A DNA stretch of 64,000 bases from Callorhinchus milii (Eukaryota), in NCBI RefSeq assembly GCF_018977255.1, contig NW_024704742.1, forward strand, positions 10,294,001 to 10,358,000, read 5' to 3'. Shown piece after piece: positions 51,226-63,847 of the stretch (position 1 is the stretch's first letter; each line of letters begins with the position of its first letter). The position numbers and the translations under genes are program-made. The notes under the pieces were generated by a model. The model was not told the DNA's origin and ran no database searches. It was given only the letters and a program-made list of their open reading frames with translations.

Positions 51226-51279
51226 CAAGAGCTCATTGAGCAACAATGCATTAATTTAACAATAACTTGAATTTATGCA

Positions 51280-52220
51280 AGATACCCTTCACGTTTTGGA
51301 GTGCTGCACAGTGGCCGAATTGGAGCCAAGCAAGGGAGAGGGTGTAGTGACTATAGATGCAGTGAAAGAGGAAGGTCTTCTGGTTGGATTTAAAGATGAA
51401 TAAAGAATGAGCAAGGCGGAGGGATCGCACTAAAGAATTTCAGAGGTAGGAACGTGGTGGTCACTAATAGTGGCGTGGAGAGGTCGGGAGACGTGCCAAC
51501 TGAGCCAAGGGGGCGTGTCAGAGAGGAAGGAACGTGCTACGGTGTGTAGGGATTTGTTTGCGAGGATGAGAATCTTGAAATTGTTCCTTTCAGAGATTGG
51601 AACCAGTGGAGCCTGGCAAGGGTTGGAGTAATTGGTGTGCAGAGTTTGGTACAAGTGAGGGTGTGACCGAGGGAGTTTTAGATTAGCTGGATCTTGTGGA
51701 TGGTAGAACTGGGGAGACCAGCGAGGCGGGAATTTGAGAAGTTGGGACCGGAATGACAAAGCTGTGAATGAGTGCTTCAGTGGTATTTGAGTGAGGCTTC
51801 CATCTTGCCCATATTTAGCTGCAGGAAGATGGTGCTCATCCAGGAACACAGACCATTTCTGTTGCCACAGAAAAAAAATAGATTTTGGTGCCATCTCCAT
51901 ACATGTGGAAGTTAACCCTGTATCTGTGAATGAACACCTTGCCCGCCCCACCATCAGTGGGAAGGCCTTCAGCCTCTCTGCTCCCTACCCTCTGGAACTC
52001 CATCCCACAGTCTCTCCATCTCACCTCTGCCTCCTTCAAAACTCGTCTCAAGACCCTCCTCTTCAACTAGCCTTCGGTCACCCTCCTACCCCTACACTCC
52101 CCGCCCTTCACCCTTCCTGATCCCAATCACCAGCTCGGGTGCGGATCCCTGACTGTCCAGTGCCTTGGGACGCTCTCCTGACGTGAAAGGTACTGTACAA
52201 ATGTCATTTGTTGTAGTTGT
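51280..52220. mobile_element. Old minus-strand L2 (about 51280-51932) abutting a plus-strand L2 3' fragment (51933-52220)
   Basis: Minus: FHMYGDGT, NFKILILANKSLH; plus: ctctggaactccatccc...gggacgctctcctgacgtgaaagg tail. Confidence 0.75.
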
Positions 52221-52834
52221 CACTGAAAGAATGCATATAGAAAAAGAGGGTCTGAGGTCAGAAATGTGGCTTCAATATCTCAAGGGTTGGGAGAGAGAAA
52301 AATAAAGCAACCGAGACGTACATTCTCAGTCGCTCAGCAACAGAAAGGAGAGGTGCACGTCAGATGTTGGGTGAAAGCAGGAGTGGTTGGACTGAACTGT
52401 GATCCCTCATTGCCAAGTCCACCACACACAGTCAGTCACTACATTTTACAGTGTATCTGGTGAAGCACTTTGAGACATCCTCCTGATGTGAAAGTCACAA
52501 TAACTAATAGAAGGATTATAAATAACCTTCCAAACAGTTACAACCAAGGCCATGTTGAACAAGGTACCAGAGGGAGCCTGGAACTTGTGGAAGTGCATGC
52601 ACCCTGGTGGAAGGAAGCATTAACCAGAACAGCATCAGCAGAGAGGGGAGGAAAGAGACGCTTAGAGGAAAGAAAACAGGTAAAGAAAAAAAACTATACA
52701 ATGCCATTACCATCAGAGCATAAAGCGTGCTAAAAATAATTATTGGTAGATAATTGAGACAACAATTGAGACAACATCTGATCATAAATATGGTAAAACT
52801 AGACAAAGAGGAAATGCCTGGAGGAATTTTATTA

Positions 52835-53191
52835 TTTAATAATAATCCTTGCATTTGATATAGTGCCTCACCATGTCCTCTCACAGCATTTCACAGAATA
52901 TACTGTAAAGTGAATTAACTGCATATTTTGCGGGAGAAACACGGCAGCCAATCATGCATAGTGTCCCACAAACAGTCGTGGATTGAGTGACCAAATTATC
53001 TTTATTGGAGATATTGCCACCCACGGAAAGGTGATCGGCCAATCGACTAACAACCGGGTTCCTACTTACTGCTAGGTAAAGAGAAACGTGTGGAGTAAGG
53101 AAACTTGCTTAAGGTTTCACCCTGCTCGGGAATCGAACATGGGTCCTCTCATATGCCAGCGAGTGCTCAAACCAATACACTACAGGTCTCC
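52835..53191 (-). mobile_element. SINE family A, full length
   Basis: Tail at 52835; head ggagacctgtagtgtattggtttgagcac on the minus strand. Confidence 0.88.
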
Positions 53192-53450
53192 ATAAATAAA
53201 AATATTCTTTCATAACATCCACAGCACACACTATTATTTCATAATATTCTTGCGAATGCACTCAAAACAACAAGCTGTCTAATAATTTTTGATGCCAAAC
53301 TTCTTCTGCAGCCCTGGAACGGTTAATGTTTTGCAGTCAGCAATACTGGAGTGACAGTAATAATATTCGAGGATAAGGAGAGAATGGGTCGATCGGTGTT
53401 GGCTGAGCAGAAAACAAACTGGATCACAACACGACTCAAAGGCTGCACTC

Positions 53451-53691
53451 ACTCACCTCACACACAGCAACCATTCACAGATAAATCCCGGTACAGATCT
53501 TGCAAATAAAATACTGAGCAGAAGAAGCTGTGCAGCAGCAGCCAACACCATCCACAGGACAGCGACATTGCCTGCTGGAGTGCCGAAGGCAAGCTCTGTC
53601 TTCACTGTTTGAATTAGAGGAGGGAGGTTGCTTCCCATTACAAAGGCCAATGTGATAAGATCTCAGTGCCAGTTACGTCAGTCTTACCACA
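53451..53691 (-). promoter_or_regulatory. Candidate CSGALNACT1 promoter and non-coding first exon
   Basis: Consensus donor GAG|GTGAGT (GT at 53456-53455); CCAAT 53647-53651, GATA (tgataa) 53653-53658, TTACGTCA 53673-53680, ACCACA 53686-53691; lies in a ~1.2-kb island without recognisable retroposons. Confidence 0.4.
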
Positions 53692-55270
53692 CCCACAAAG
53701 ACAGACAGAAGTGAACTCCAGTTTCTCCAGAAGCTCATCTGACAGCAGCGGAGAATACAGTAACTGTCAGTACGCTCCAGGAATGCTTGACACAGCTTGA
53801 TTGAAACTCTGCCCATTATGGAAACAAAGCCAAACTAAAGAAATTAATAACACAGATTTTTTTGTTGTTTTGTTTAAAAAAATGCTGCCTCTTCCACGGT
53901 TTAAAAGAAAAAGGCATTCATTTCACAGCACTTGGAGGACATGTTTAGTATGTCCTCTGGCAAGGAGGGAAACAGATGGTCGGGGAAGCAGAAATGACCT
54001 GACTGTGAAACTTGGCACATTGGCTCGTCATCACTTGTATGAAAGCAAACGCAGAGTGGCTACAGATCAAGACTGAGTGACATCAAGCCCTTCCAGTGCT
54101 AAAAAAGCACACACACACGCATACACACTCCAGTCTGGCTGCTCTCATTCATTCCACTGCATCAGAGAATTCAAAAGACTTTGTGGCCTGAGATTTCACC
54201 TACTCGTAAAATCCCATCAAACGATTTAACATTTAAGGACTGTGGAAAAATCAGCTTCCACTCTGAAACTGAGCAAATATTTTCCACAATTCTTCACGAT
54301 CTTAAGACAAAACGGTCTGACTTGGGGCAATTTCAAGCCTCGGGTTTGCACATCTCAAAGAGTTCTAACAAGAACACAGTATAAAGCATCAGAAAATAAT
54401 CATCCGAATTGACAGCAATTTGCATTTAAATACAGCCTTTCATGCTGGGAGGGCATCTCACATCACATAGCTGACTGAGCGCTCTGAGACGCTGCCCTGC
54501 ATGGAGGGTGCTCTATAAGTGCAAGTTCTAGTTGTTGATGACTGGGAGCCAGACTATTGGGAGTGCGGTGGGGAATGAGAGCTGAGGAAGTGGTCTGGGG
54601 GGTTTGGGAAAGCACACTGAGACACCGCCGGTGTTGAGAGCACAATATAAATGCAAGCAGTTGTTGTTATTGAAATGTGGCCGGAAGCACAATCAGATAT
54701 TGGTCTTGAAGCAAACATTCAAGGTGGGGAAGCAGAGGGAAGGCTGTGGAATGGAGTTCCAAAGAGCAGGGGCAGAAAACTCGCACGCTGATAGTGGATT
54801 GGGTTTGTATTTGTTCTTTAATCCTTACATTTGATGTAGAGCCTTTTCACATCATTGACACGTCTCAAAGTGCTTCACAGGATATACTGTAAAATGGAAT
54901 GACTATATTTTGTGGGGCGTAGTCAAATGGTTTTCAAAGTAATCCCATTGAGCAAGTGTTTACGGCAACCACTGCGCCCCAAAGCTCTGGAACACTCTTG
55001 CCCCCTCTCTCCCCTCTTCCAAGTCCTGCCTGAAAACTTTCGTGTTCGACTGTGCTTCTGGCCAACCTCCCCGACTCGGAGTCAGGCTCCGTCACTGTTA
55101 AGCGCTGTGAGATGCTACCCTGTATGGAGGGCGCTATATAAGTGCAGTTGTTATTGTAATGCAACTTGCAGCAACAACAACTTGGATTTGTATAGCATGG
55201 GGTAGCATATCAGAATGCTTATCAGTGGCAGAGCTTGATATTAAGCCGGGTAGAGGGTGGAGGAGACCCT

Positions 55271-56610
55271 ACAACAACAACAACTTGGATTTATATAGGG
55301 CCCTCCACGCCGGACGGCATCTCAGAGCACTTCACAATAACGGATCCCGAGGCCGAGCCAGGGGGAGGGGGAGGGAGGTGACCAAAGGAGCGGTCGAAAA
55401 GAAAGATCTTTAGCTGAGACCTGAAAGCAGGAAGAGAGGGAGCGAGGCAAAGGGAGTGAGGAAGGGAGTTCCAGAGCTGCGGGACGTAGTGGCTGAAGGC
55501 ACGGCCACTGATGGTGGAGCGGAGGTTTCGGGGGACGAGGAGGAGGCCAGACCTGGTGGAGCGAAGTCAACGGAACTGTTGTGAGGAGAGAGGTCAGAGA
55601 GGTCGGGGGGTACAGAGGAGTGGAGGAATTTGAAGACAAGGGTGAGGATCTTGAATTTGATCCTCTCTGAAACAGGCAGCCAGTGCAGTCAGGCAAGGAC
55701 TGCGGAAGTCCGGGTGTGGAGTTTGGTGCGGGTAAGAATGCGGGCGGCAGAGTTCTGGATGACCTGGATTTTATGAATGGTAGTGGAGGCGAGACCGGTG
55801 AGGAGGGCATTTGAATAGTCCAGCCGAGAGGTGACAAAGGCACGGACCAGGGTTTCTGCAGCTTTTGGGGTGAGATATTGGTGGAGACAGGCGATGTGTC
55901 GGAGGTGGAAGAAAGCGGTGCTGGTGATGGACCGGATGTGGGGGAGGAAGGATAATTGGGGGTCGAACCTGAAGCCTAGGTTGTGTACGGGTTCGGAGAG
56001 TTTTAGAGGCAGGTCGGGTAGGTGGGGGAGGTGAGAACCATGCGATTTACGACGATGACAAGAGCCAAAGAGTATGGCTTCCGTCTTGTCAACATTTAGC
56101 TGAAGGAAATTTGCGCTCATCCAACTCCTGATGTCTAACAGGTAGTCAGGGACTGCAAAGTGAGGTGGAAAAATTAAGTTGGGTTCGTCCGCATACATGT
56201 GGAAATGTACCCCATGTCTACGGATGACATCCCCAAGAGGAAGCATCTAGATTAAGAAGAGGAGGGGGCCAAGGATTGATCCTTGGGGTACCCCGCAGGT
56301 GACCGGGTGAGAGCGGGCGGAGAAGCCGTTTGTGCAGATGTACTGCTGGCGGTTTGTGAGGTAGACCTCGAACCAGGCGAGTACGTGGAGGCACTGAGGT
56401 GGATGACGGAGGAAAGGCGGTGGAGGAGGATGGTATGATCGACTGTGTCGAAAGCGGCGGAGAGGTCCAGGAGGACAAGGAGGCAGAGGAAGCCCTGGTC
56501 AGAGATAGAGAGGATGTTTTGAAACTTTCACAAGCGCAGTCTCTGTACTGTGGGCAGGGCAGAAACCGGACTGGAGGGGTTTGAACAGGGATTGGGAGGA
56601 GGTGTGCGCG
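55271..56610 (-). mobile_element. L2 LINE of a second family, 5'-truncated
   Basis: FHMYADEP, FLQLNVDKTEAILFG, SRLDYSNALL; tail differs from the 39884 family (gagatgccgtccggcgtggagggccctatataaatccaagttgttg). Confidence 0.9.
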
Positions 56611-57786
56611 AAGTTGATTGGTAATGCACATCATTTTCTGAAAAAAACTTTCAAGAGCTTTTTCTATCTATCTATAATTCTACTCTAATCTACAATTCAG
56701 CAGTAATATTTCCTGAAATTGTTTGCAGTTTTAAACAAATAAATCTGTGTGAATAATTTCTGCAAGGGAAATACAGCTGTTTGAATCCCAGTGGGGTGAG
56801 TGGCTGTCCTGGAATATTGGGACACGTAATAATAATCCTTGCATTTTGATATAGTTTTATCAGGTCTTCAAAGAACTTCATGGGATATACTGTAAAGTGG
56901 ATTGACTGTGTATTTTGTGGATGAAACAAGGCAGACAATGGTGCACAGCAGTATCCCATAAGCAGCCATAGAGTGAGTGACCAATTTTATTTGGGGGAAT
57001 TGTTGGCTAGGACACTGGGAGAGGGAATCTCCCTTCTCTTTTTGAATAGTATCATGGTACTTTGCAGCAAAGAAGGTCATAGCTAATAAGCCTCAGATAA
57101 AATTGGTTATGACTGTATATGGGACACTGCTGTGTGTAAACTGGTCGCCAACTAATACAGTCACTACACTTTACAGTAAATCCTATGAAACCCTTTCAGA
57201 CATTTCAACGGTGTGATAAGGCATTATGGGTATATCAAAAGCAGGGTTATTATTATAATACAAAATTACATTTCTAAAATGCCTTTCACATCAGGAGGCG
57301 GTTTTTATTATTCAATATAAATTGTACTATTGCAGCATATTGTGCTCTGTGACCAAGATCAAATAGATGCATAAAATTACCTGAAAAAAACAAGTCTTGT
57401 TCCTTTGGTTTTAGAGATAGGAATTGATGAGGGACACTACTGTTAATGTCTGCATTTTCTATTCAAAGCGAAATAAGTGACAAGGACATTAAAGTGTAAT
57501 TGCTGAAGTTTGCAACCATAAGGAAAGATAAGGAAGCCATTATTTGAGCTTGTTTTAACAGCTCAGAAGTGACCTTATCTGATTTCCTTCAGTGATCAGT
57601 TGTGTTGAAAGTGCACAAAACACTGAAGTTTTGTGTGTAATTTGCTGCTGAGTTTCGCCCACAAAGTACACAGTAAATCCACTGTACAATTTATTCTGTG
57701 AAGTGCTTTGAGACGTCTTAATGACGTGATAAGGCACTATATCAAACGCAAGTTTCTTACACCACATGAGGCTCTGGGTAATTATG

Positions 57787-58590
57787 CAACAACAACAAGA
57801 TTACATTTGTATAGCGCCTTTCACATCGGGAGGACGTCCCAAGGCGCTGGACAGTGTACAGCATTTCAGACCCGAGCTGGGGTCAGGAGGGAGAAGGGAG
57901 GGGAGGGGAAGGGGGTTGGCCAATGGCATGGTCGTAGAAGAGGGTCTTGAGGCGGGACTTGAAGGAGGCTAAGGAGGGGGCGAGGGGGAGTGATTGGGGG
58001 ATGGAAGGTTGGGGGCAGAGTGGCTGAAGGCTCTCCTGCCAATGGTGGGGCGGGTGGGTCGGGGGATGTGTAGCAGGCCAGAGCATGGAGACAGTGAGAG
58101 AGATAGGAATTGAACCAGGCAAGGGCAGGTCCGCAAAGATTAAGTGGAGAGGCGGTGTATGAGGATGGAGTGGTCGACAGTGTCGAAGACGGCAGAGAGG
58201 TCGAGGAGGACAAGGAGGCAGAGGGAGCCCTGATCATAGATGTTCAGAATGATATTAGTGACTTTGACCAGGGCTGTTTCCGTGCTGTGGGCAGCGCGGA
58301 AGCCGGATTGAATGGCGAGAGAGAAAGGAGCGAAGCTGGGAACCGATAACTTGTTCCAGGACCTTGCAGAGAAATGGGAGATTAGAGGTGGGGCGGTAGC
58401 TGGAGAGGAGGGATGGGTCCAGGGAAGGTTTTTTTCAGGATGGGGTGTTGACAGCTGTTTTTAGGGTGGTGGAACTGAACTGGTGGACAAGGAGAGATTG
58501 ATGACGTCGGACAAGAAAGGGGCCAGAAGGTGGAGTCGGCGGATGAGGAGAAGGTGGGAATGGGATCGAGGGAGCAGGTGGTGGGTTTGA
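57787..58590 (-). mobile_element. L2 mosaic: 3' tail joined to RT-region fragments by large deletions
   Basis: Canonical tail at 57787; [13 protein letters not shown] region at about 58170-58290; KPTTCSLDPIPT at about 58560-58590. Confidence 0.85.
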
Positions 58591-61284
58591 ATTTGCAACA
58601 ACAACTTACATTTATATAGCACCCTTCACACGGGATAGTGTCCTGGAGTGCTTGACAGTGGCGGAATCTGTCCCCGAGCCAGGGGACAGGGAGTGGGGAG
58701 GTGACTGTAAGTACAATCAAAAAGGAATGTCTTTAGGTAGGATTTGAAGGTGGGGAGGAAGGGAGCAAGGCAGAGGGATTGAGGGATAGTGTTTCAGAGT
58801 TTCAAGCTGTAGTGGCTGAAGGCACAGCCACTGATGGTGGAATGAAGGGCACAGTGGAGTAGGGAGTAAGCAGGTAGGATAGGTAGGGAAATGCACTGAA
58901 TTACTCAAGTGAGAGGGAGCCATCATAAAGCCTCATTGGGACTGTTCTCATCAAACCCATTACTTAAAGCTTCTTTGATCCTTTAACACTAGTGGAACTC
59001 CAGAAAATCTTTTCTTTGTACCTGCAAATTAATCACATTTTTTCTTCAATTACATAAGATTTCTGGGTATCCTGCATTCTCTGAATAGGTTCATAATCTC
59101 CTCCTCGCCCTCTGGACAAACTGACTGGAGCTAATCTGCTAGTCCCTCATTCTCAGCAATCGCCAACATGGGAGAGATGACAAACTCACTGCATGAAAGC
59201 CTTGGCCATGCTTGGCTGTGGCACAGCAGGTTGCAGCACCAACACACTATATCACCTTTGTCACAATTCTATTATGTCCATTGCAAATCATATAAATGTT
59301 ACACTCTCAAAAGGAAGCAAAGGCAGTAAGGAAGAAGATACATCTTATGGGACAGATACGTGCTAATGGTCCGAAAAACAAATTTAGAAATGTGCTGTAT
59401 ATTTGCAGTAAGATTCCTAAAGCTCGTTCAAACTTTTGTTTGGGAAATATTGGTGCGTTGACTGCAAAAAAAACATGCAAAACACACTTAACTATTTACA
59501 AGAAAAAAGGCTGAGTAGATTTTAAAATTATATAAGTAACAAAAAGGTATTCTCCTTAGCGGGGCAGAATTGTACATACAAGCACATGGCAAGGACATCA
59601 CTTTGTCCTCCACACTGAAGGAGTACACTTTGAAGATCAACTAAGCAAAATAGTTTGCACCTTTGCAGATCTTTTTTTAAACAATCTTCACTGGTTGACA
59701 GGTAAGTTGTCAAGATTCCTCGCTCCATATACATTTATTTCTTGCTACGGTGCTTTCCAGTCAAACAATTCAAAATTGCACTAACAATGTTACAAGATGA
59801 ACTACAATTTAACAAGCCAACACCATTCATCCAATATTCATTCATCAACTCCTGTCACAAGAATTCCCACAAGGCACTAAGCTGTCACCCTGCCCATCAA
59901 AACTGCCTCAATCTCTGACAGGCTAAATGTAACTCGTTCAGTCTGCACAAAACTGATGCTTTAGTTGAACTTGAGAAAGAACACACACACACCTTCGAGC
60001 GACAGCCAACATTATTAATATTGAAGTCATCGTCAAACTTTGCAAGGTGCTTCCGTGTTAGGAAATTGAGCAGAAAGCTCTTCGCTTTATTCAAGATATT
60101 GTTTTAACCTCATTTCTGTCATCTTTGCTGAATGATGGCAGGACTGAGTCTGCTACATTCAGTCAGACACCAGTGTCAAATATCCTACCGACACTCACTG
60201 TCAATCATAGAAGAAACCTGAGAATATTACAGCGCTAAAGCCATTCAGCCAATGAAAACTGGCTGGGAATGTTTTCCAAATGAGGCATTCTACTGCTCCC
60301 TCCTCAAACACTTTAATGTTCATCATTATCAAACATCTGCGTAATTCCCTTTTTAAAAAAATCGAGGCTCACACATGAATAATGGCTCTTTGGGTAAAGT
60401 GTTCCCGGTACCTAGAGAAGCCAGCCATTGCCCAGCAGACAGAATGCCTTCAGGAGAGCAGGGGAGTAAATTGAAGAAAAATTGGCAAGCGAAGAGATAA
60501 AAGAGATGACTGACTATTGGCACAGTTTTCAGATGTCATTTATTAGTTTGGATCTGTATGACTCAGATCCACTGTTTATTCTAACAGACGGGAGTAAGTA
60601 TCTCTGTTAAGAAAATTGAAATGAAAGAGAATTCCTTCAGGTAACCTGTCACTTTCCCGATATCTCATGTGATGCAATCCAGGCTTACACATGCACAGCA
60701 ATCGGGAGGTCAAGTTATAAAAAGAACTCAAAAGCATCATTCTAAAATCATTTAGCTTTCAAATATTGCCTTCAAAACACACTCTCCCAGAACGCACATC
60801 CAATAATATAATAATTATAAACCTTGCATTTGATATTGTGCCTCATCACGTCGTTGAGACGTCTCAAAGTGCTTCACAGAATACATTGTGAAGTGGATTG
60901 ACTTGTGTATTCTGTGGGTGAAACACATCAGCCAATTGAGCACAGCAGCGTCCCAGAAACTAAATTTTTTTAATTATAGGAATTATTACCCCCGGAAAAC
61001 GATCCGCCAATCAATTAACAATAGAGTACCTATTACACCTTGGTAAACAGAGGCATGTGTACTGATAAACATTCAGGCTAAAGTCACTCATTTATTGCTG
61101 TAACAGATGTTAGGTGATTATACCATATGTTAACAATCATTGGCTTCCAACAATAAGTTCAACACCACCCATGCCATTATATCCAGCAGCATCTCAGTTT
61201 ATACAGACTCAAAAGACTGTATGTTGCTATTGAGAGGTACATTTTACTGCCAACCAAAATTTTTTCACTTTGTTGATAAAAACT

Positions 61285-61661
61285 AAATTTGATATAGCGC
61301 CTTATCACGTTTTCTAGATAATAATAATAATAATATGTCTCAAAGCGCTTCACAGAATATACTGTAAAGTGAATTGACTATATATTTGTGGGCGAAACGC
61401 GGCAGCCAATTGCATACAGCAGCATCCCACAAACAGTCGTGGATTGAAGCGACCAAATTATTATTGTTTTTTTCTTTTAGGGATTATTAACCCCAGAAAA
61501 GCAATCCGCCAATCGACTTGACAACTGGGTTCCTATTATTGCTAGGTAAACAGAGGTGTGTGGAGTAAGGAAACTTGCCCAATGTTTCACCATGCCCGGG
61601 AATCGATCCCAGGTCTCTCGCTTGCGAGGCGAGTGCTCTAACCACTGAGATACAGGACTCC
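61285..61661 (-). mobile_element. SINE family A, full length, with a (TAA)n run inside the 3' stem-loop
   Basis: Head at 61661; cacgttttctagata-ataataataataat-atgtctcaaagcgc. Confidence 0.88.
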
Positions 61662-61975
61662 ACCATAACTTAAAGGACATTTGAGGGTTGAATAGGCCAC
61701 CAAAATTTGCACTGACTCAGAGAGATGGAATGTGCATCCAGGCAGATCAATGTGGTCAGTGCCTGAGGTGACAAAGCAGGAAGTATAAAGTCTTGCTGAA
61801 GTATAAAGATATTGATTTTGTGCGAGCCACACACCAGCACAGGCTCGAAGTGCCGAATGGTCCGTTTCCATCCCAAGCTATGTATAAGGCCTGGAGATCT
61901 GCCAAACACCAGTTAGTGTCCTGACTGCAGGACTCCAGGAGGTCACCACCTCCTGCCTTTCGAGGCCTGCCACCT

Positions 61976-63245
61976 CACACAGACACAGAGAGAGACACAG
62001 ACACAGAGAGAGACACACTCACAGACACAGAGAGACACACACACACACAGAAAGACACACACACAGACCACACACACACAAAGAGAGACAACAACAAGAT
62101 TGCATTTATAGAGCGCCTTTCACATCGGGAGGACGTCCCAAGGCGCTGGACAGTTGGGTCGGGACCCGAGCCTTGGGGGGAAATGGTGAGGGGAGGGAAG
62201 GGAGGGAGGGAGGGAGCGAGGAGGGGGTAGAGAGTCGAGAGGGGAGCTGAAGGCACCGTCAAAGAGAAAGGTCTTGAGACCGGCCTTGAAGGAGGAAAGG
62301 GAGGAAGTGGCGAAGGCACTGGGGGATAGATTTCCAGAGCCTAGGGGCTGAGAGGCTGAAGGCCGGGCCACCGATGGTAGGGCGGTTGGGGCGGGGGATG
62401 TGGAGCAGACCGGAGCCAGAGGAACGGAGGGTACGGGCGGGTAGGTAGGGGGATAGTAGGTCGGAGAGGTAGGAGGGAGCAAGGCCGTGAATGGCCTTGT
62501 AGGTGAGGATGAGGATCTTGAATTTGTGTTTTGGTGTCTCTCTGTGTGTGTGTGTCTCTCTGTCTGTGAGTGTGTCTGCAAAACACCACACACACACAGA
62601 GACACACTCACAGAGAGAGACACACTCACAGAGAGACTCACACTCACAGAGAGACACATGCACACAGAGACACACACACACAGAGAGACACACACACACA
62701 GAGACACACACACACAGAGACACACACACACAGAGACACACACACACACACAAACAGAGACACACACACACACAGACACACACACACAAACAGAGACACA
62801 CACACACACACACAGAGATCCACACTGACACAGAGAGAGACACACACACTCATAGAGAGAGACGCACTCACAGAGAGACACACTCACAGACACAAAGAAA
62901 CACACACACACACACACACACACAGAGAGTCACAAAGAAACAGACACACACACAGACACAGAGAGAGACACACACAGACACAGCGAGACACACACAGAGA
63001 GAGACACACAGACACAGAGAGAGATACACACAGATACAGAGAGACACACACACTGACACAGAGAGAGACACATTCACAGAGAGAGACACACTCACAGAGA
63101 GAGACACACACACACAGACACAGAGAGAGTCACACTCACAGACACAGAGAGAGTCACACTCACAGACACAGAGAGAGACACACTCACAGACACAGAGAGA
63201 GACACACATAGACAGAGACACACACAGACGTAGAGAGAGACAGAG
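61976..63245. repeat. Compound (CA)n/(GA)n microsatellite tract interrupted by an L2
   Basis: Units such as cacagagagacacact at 61976-62088 and 62581-63245; inverted TG/TC patch at 62525-62580. Confidence 0.95.
62089..62524 (-). mobile_element. Young L2 3' fragment, same subfamily as 39884-43517
   Basis: [40 protein letters not shown]; near-identical 3' UTR (cagctcccctctcgactctctacc). Confidence 0.92.
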
Positions 63246-63409
63246 TCTTTTTTAATACTGTTGTTCAAGAAGAACAACTTGCACTTATATAGCACCCTTC
63301 ACGTGGATAACATCTCAGAGCCCACTGCCCCCTTGACCCCATTTCTCAAAACAGCAAGTCCTGTGCAAAGACTGAGTTGAGCGGAGAGGTGATGGAGGAG
63401 GATGGAATG

Positions 63410-63590
63410 GACGCGAGTGTCGCAGGCAGCAAGGTCAAGTAGCTTGTCATGGTCTACATTATCTGGTTCTTTTACAACCTTAAAAACAGCAATCATATTG
63501 CCTCTCAACCTTCTCTTTTCCAGCGTGAACATACCCAGTTTACTTAATTGCTCTTCAACGTCCAGTCCCTTCATTCCTTCAGTCATTATG
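63410..63590 (-). mobile_element. Degenerate CR1 ORF2 C-terminal fragment
   Basis: EEQLSKLGMFTLEKRRLRGNMIAVFKVVK. Confidence 0.78.
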
Positions 63591-63847
63591 GTTTTACCCT
63601 CAAGCCAGAAGCTTTAAATTCGAGATCCAGCAGAGTTCTGCAAAAATGATTACAATTCAGATATTAAGAGATTTATAAAACTAGATCGTAAATGAAGAGT
63701 GAATTAAAGCATTTTTTAAAGTATTTGTCCTAAGGATAGGACTCTGAGAAATTTCCTAATAACTGTGGAATCAAACCCAGGAAATTGGTGGTCTACAAAA
63801 CTTGATTCTCAACCTACACATATTCAGTCATTAAACTTGGAGATATA

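Noticed and set aside
51885..51940. Apparent twin-priming inversion in an L2
   Set aside because: The minus-strand FHMYGDG piece is colinear with the older minus-strand L2 to its left, so these are two adjacent insertions.
59897..60094. Short ORF with possible donor AAG|GTGTGT at 59992
   Set aside because: No recognisable homology, weak donor and no clear acceptor.
62120..63295. Long Cys/Val- and His/Thr/Arg-rich ORFs
   Set aside because: Translation artefacts of the CA/GA microsatellite, partly fused to an L2 fragment.
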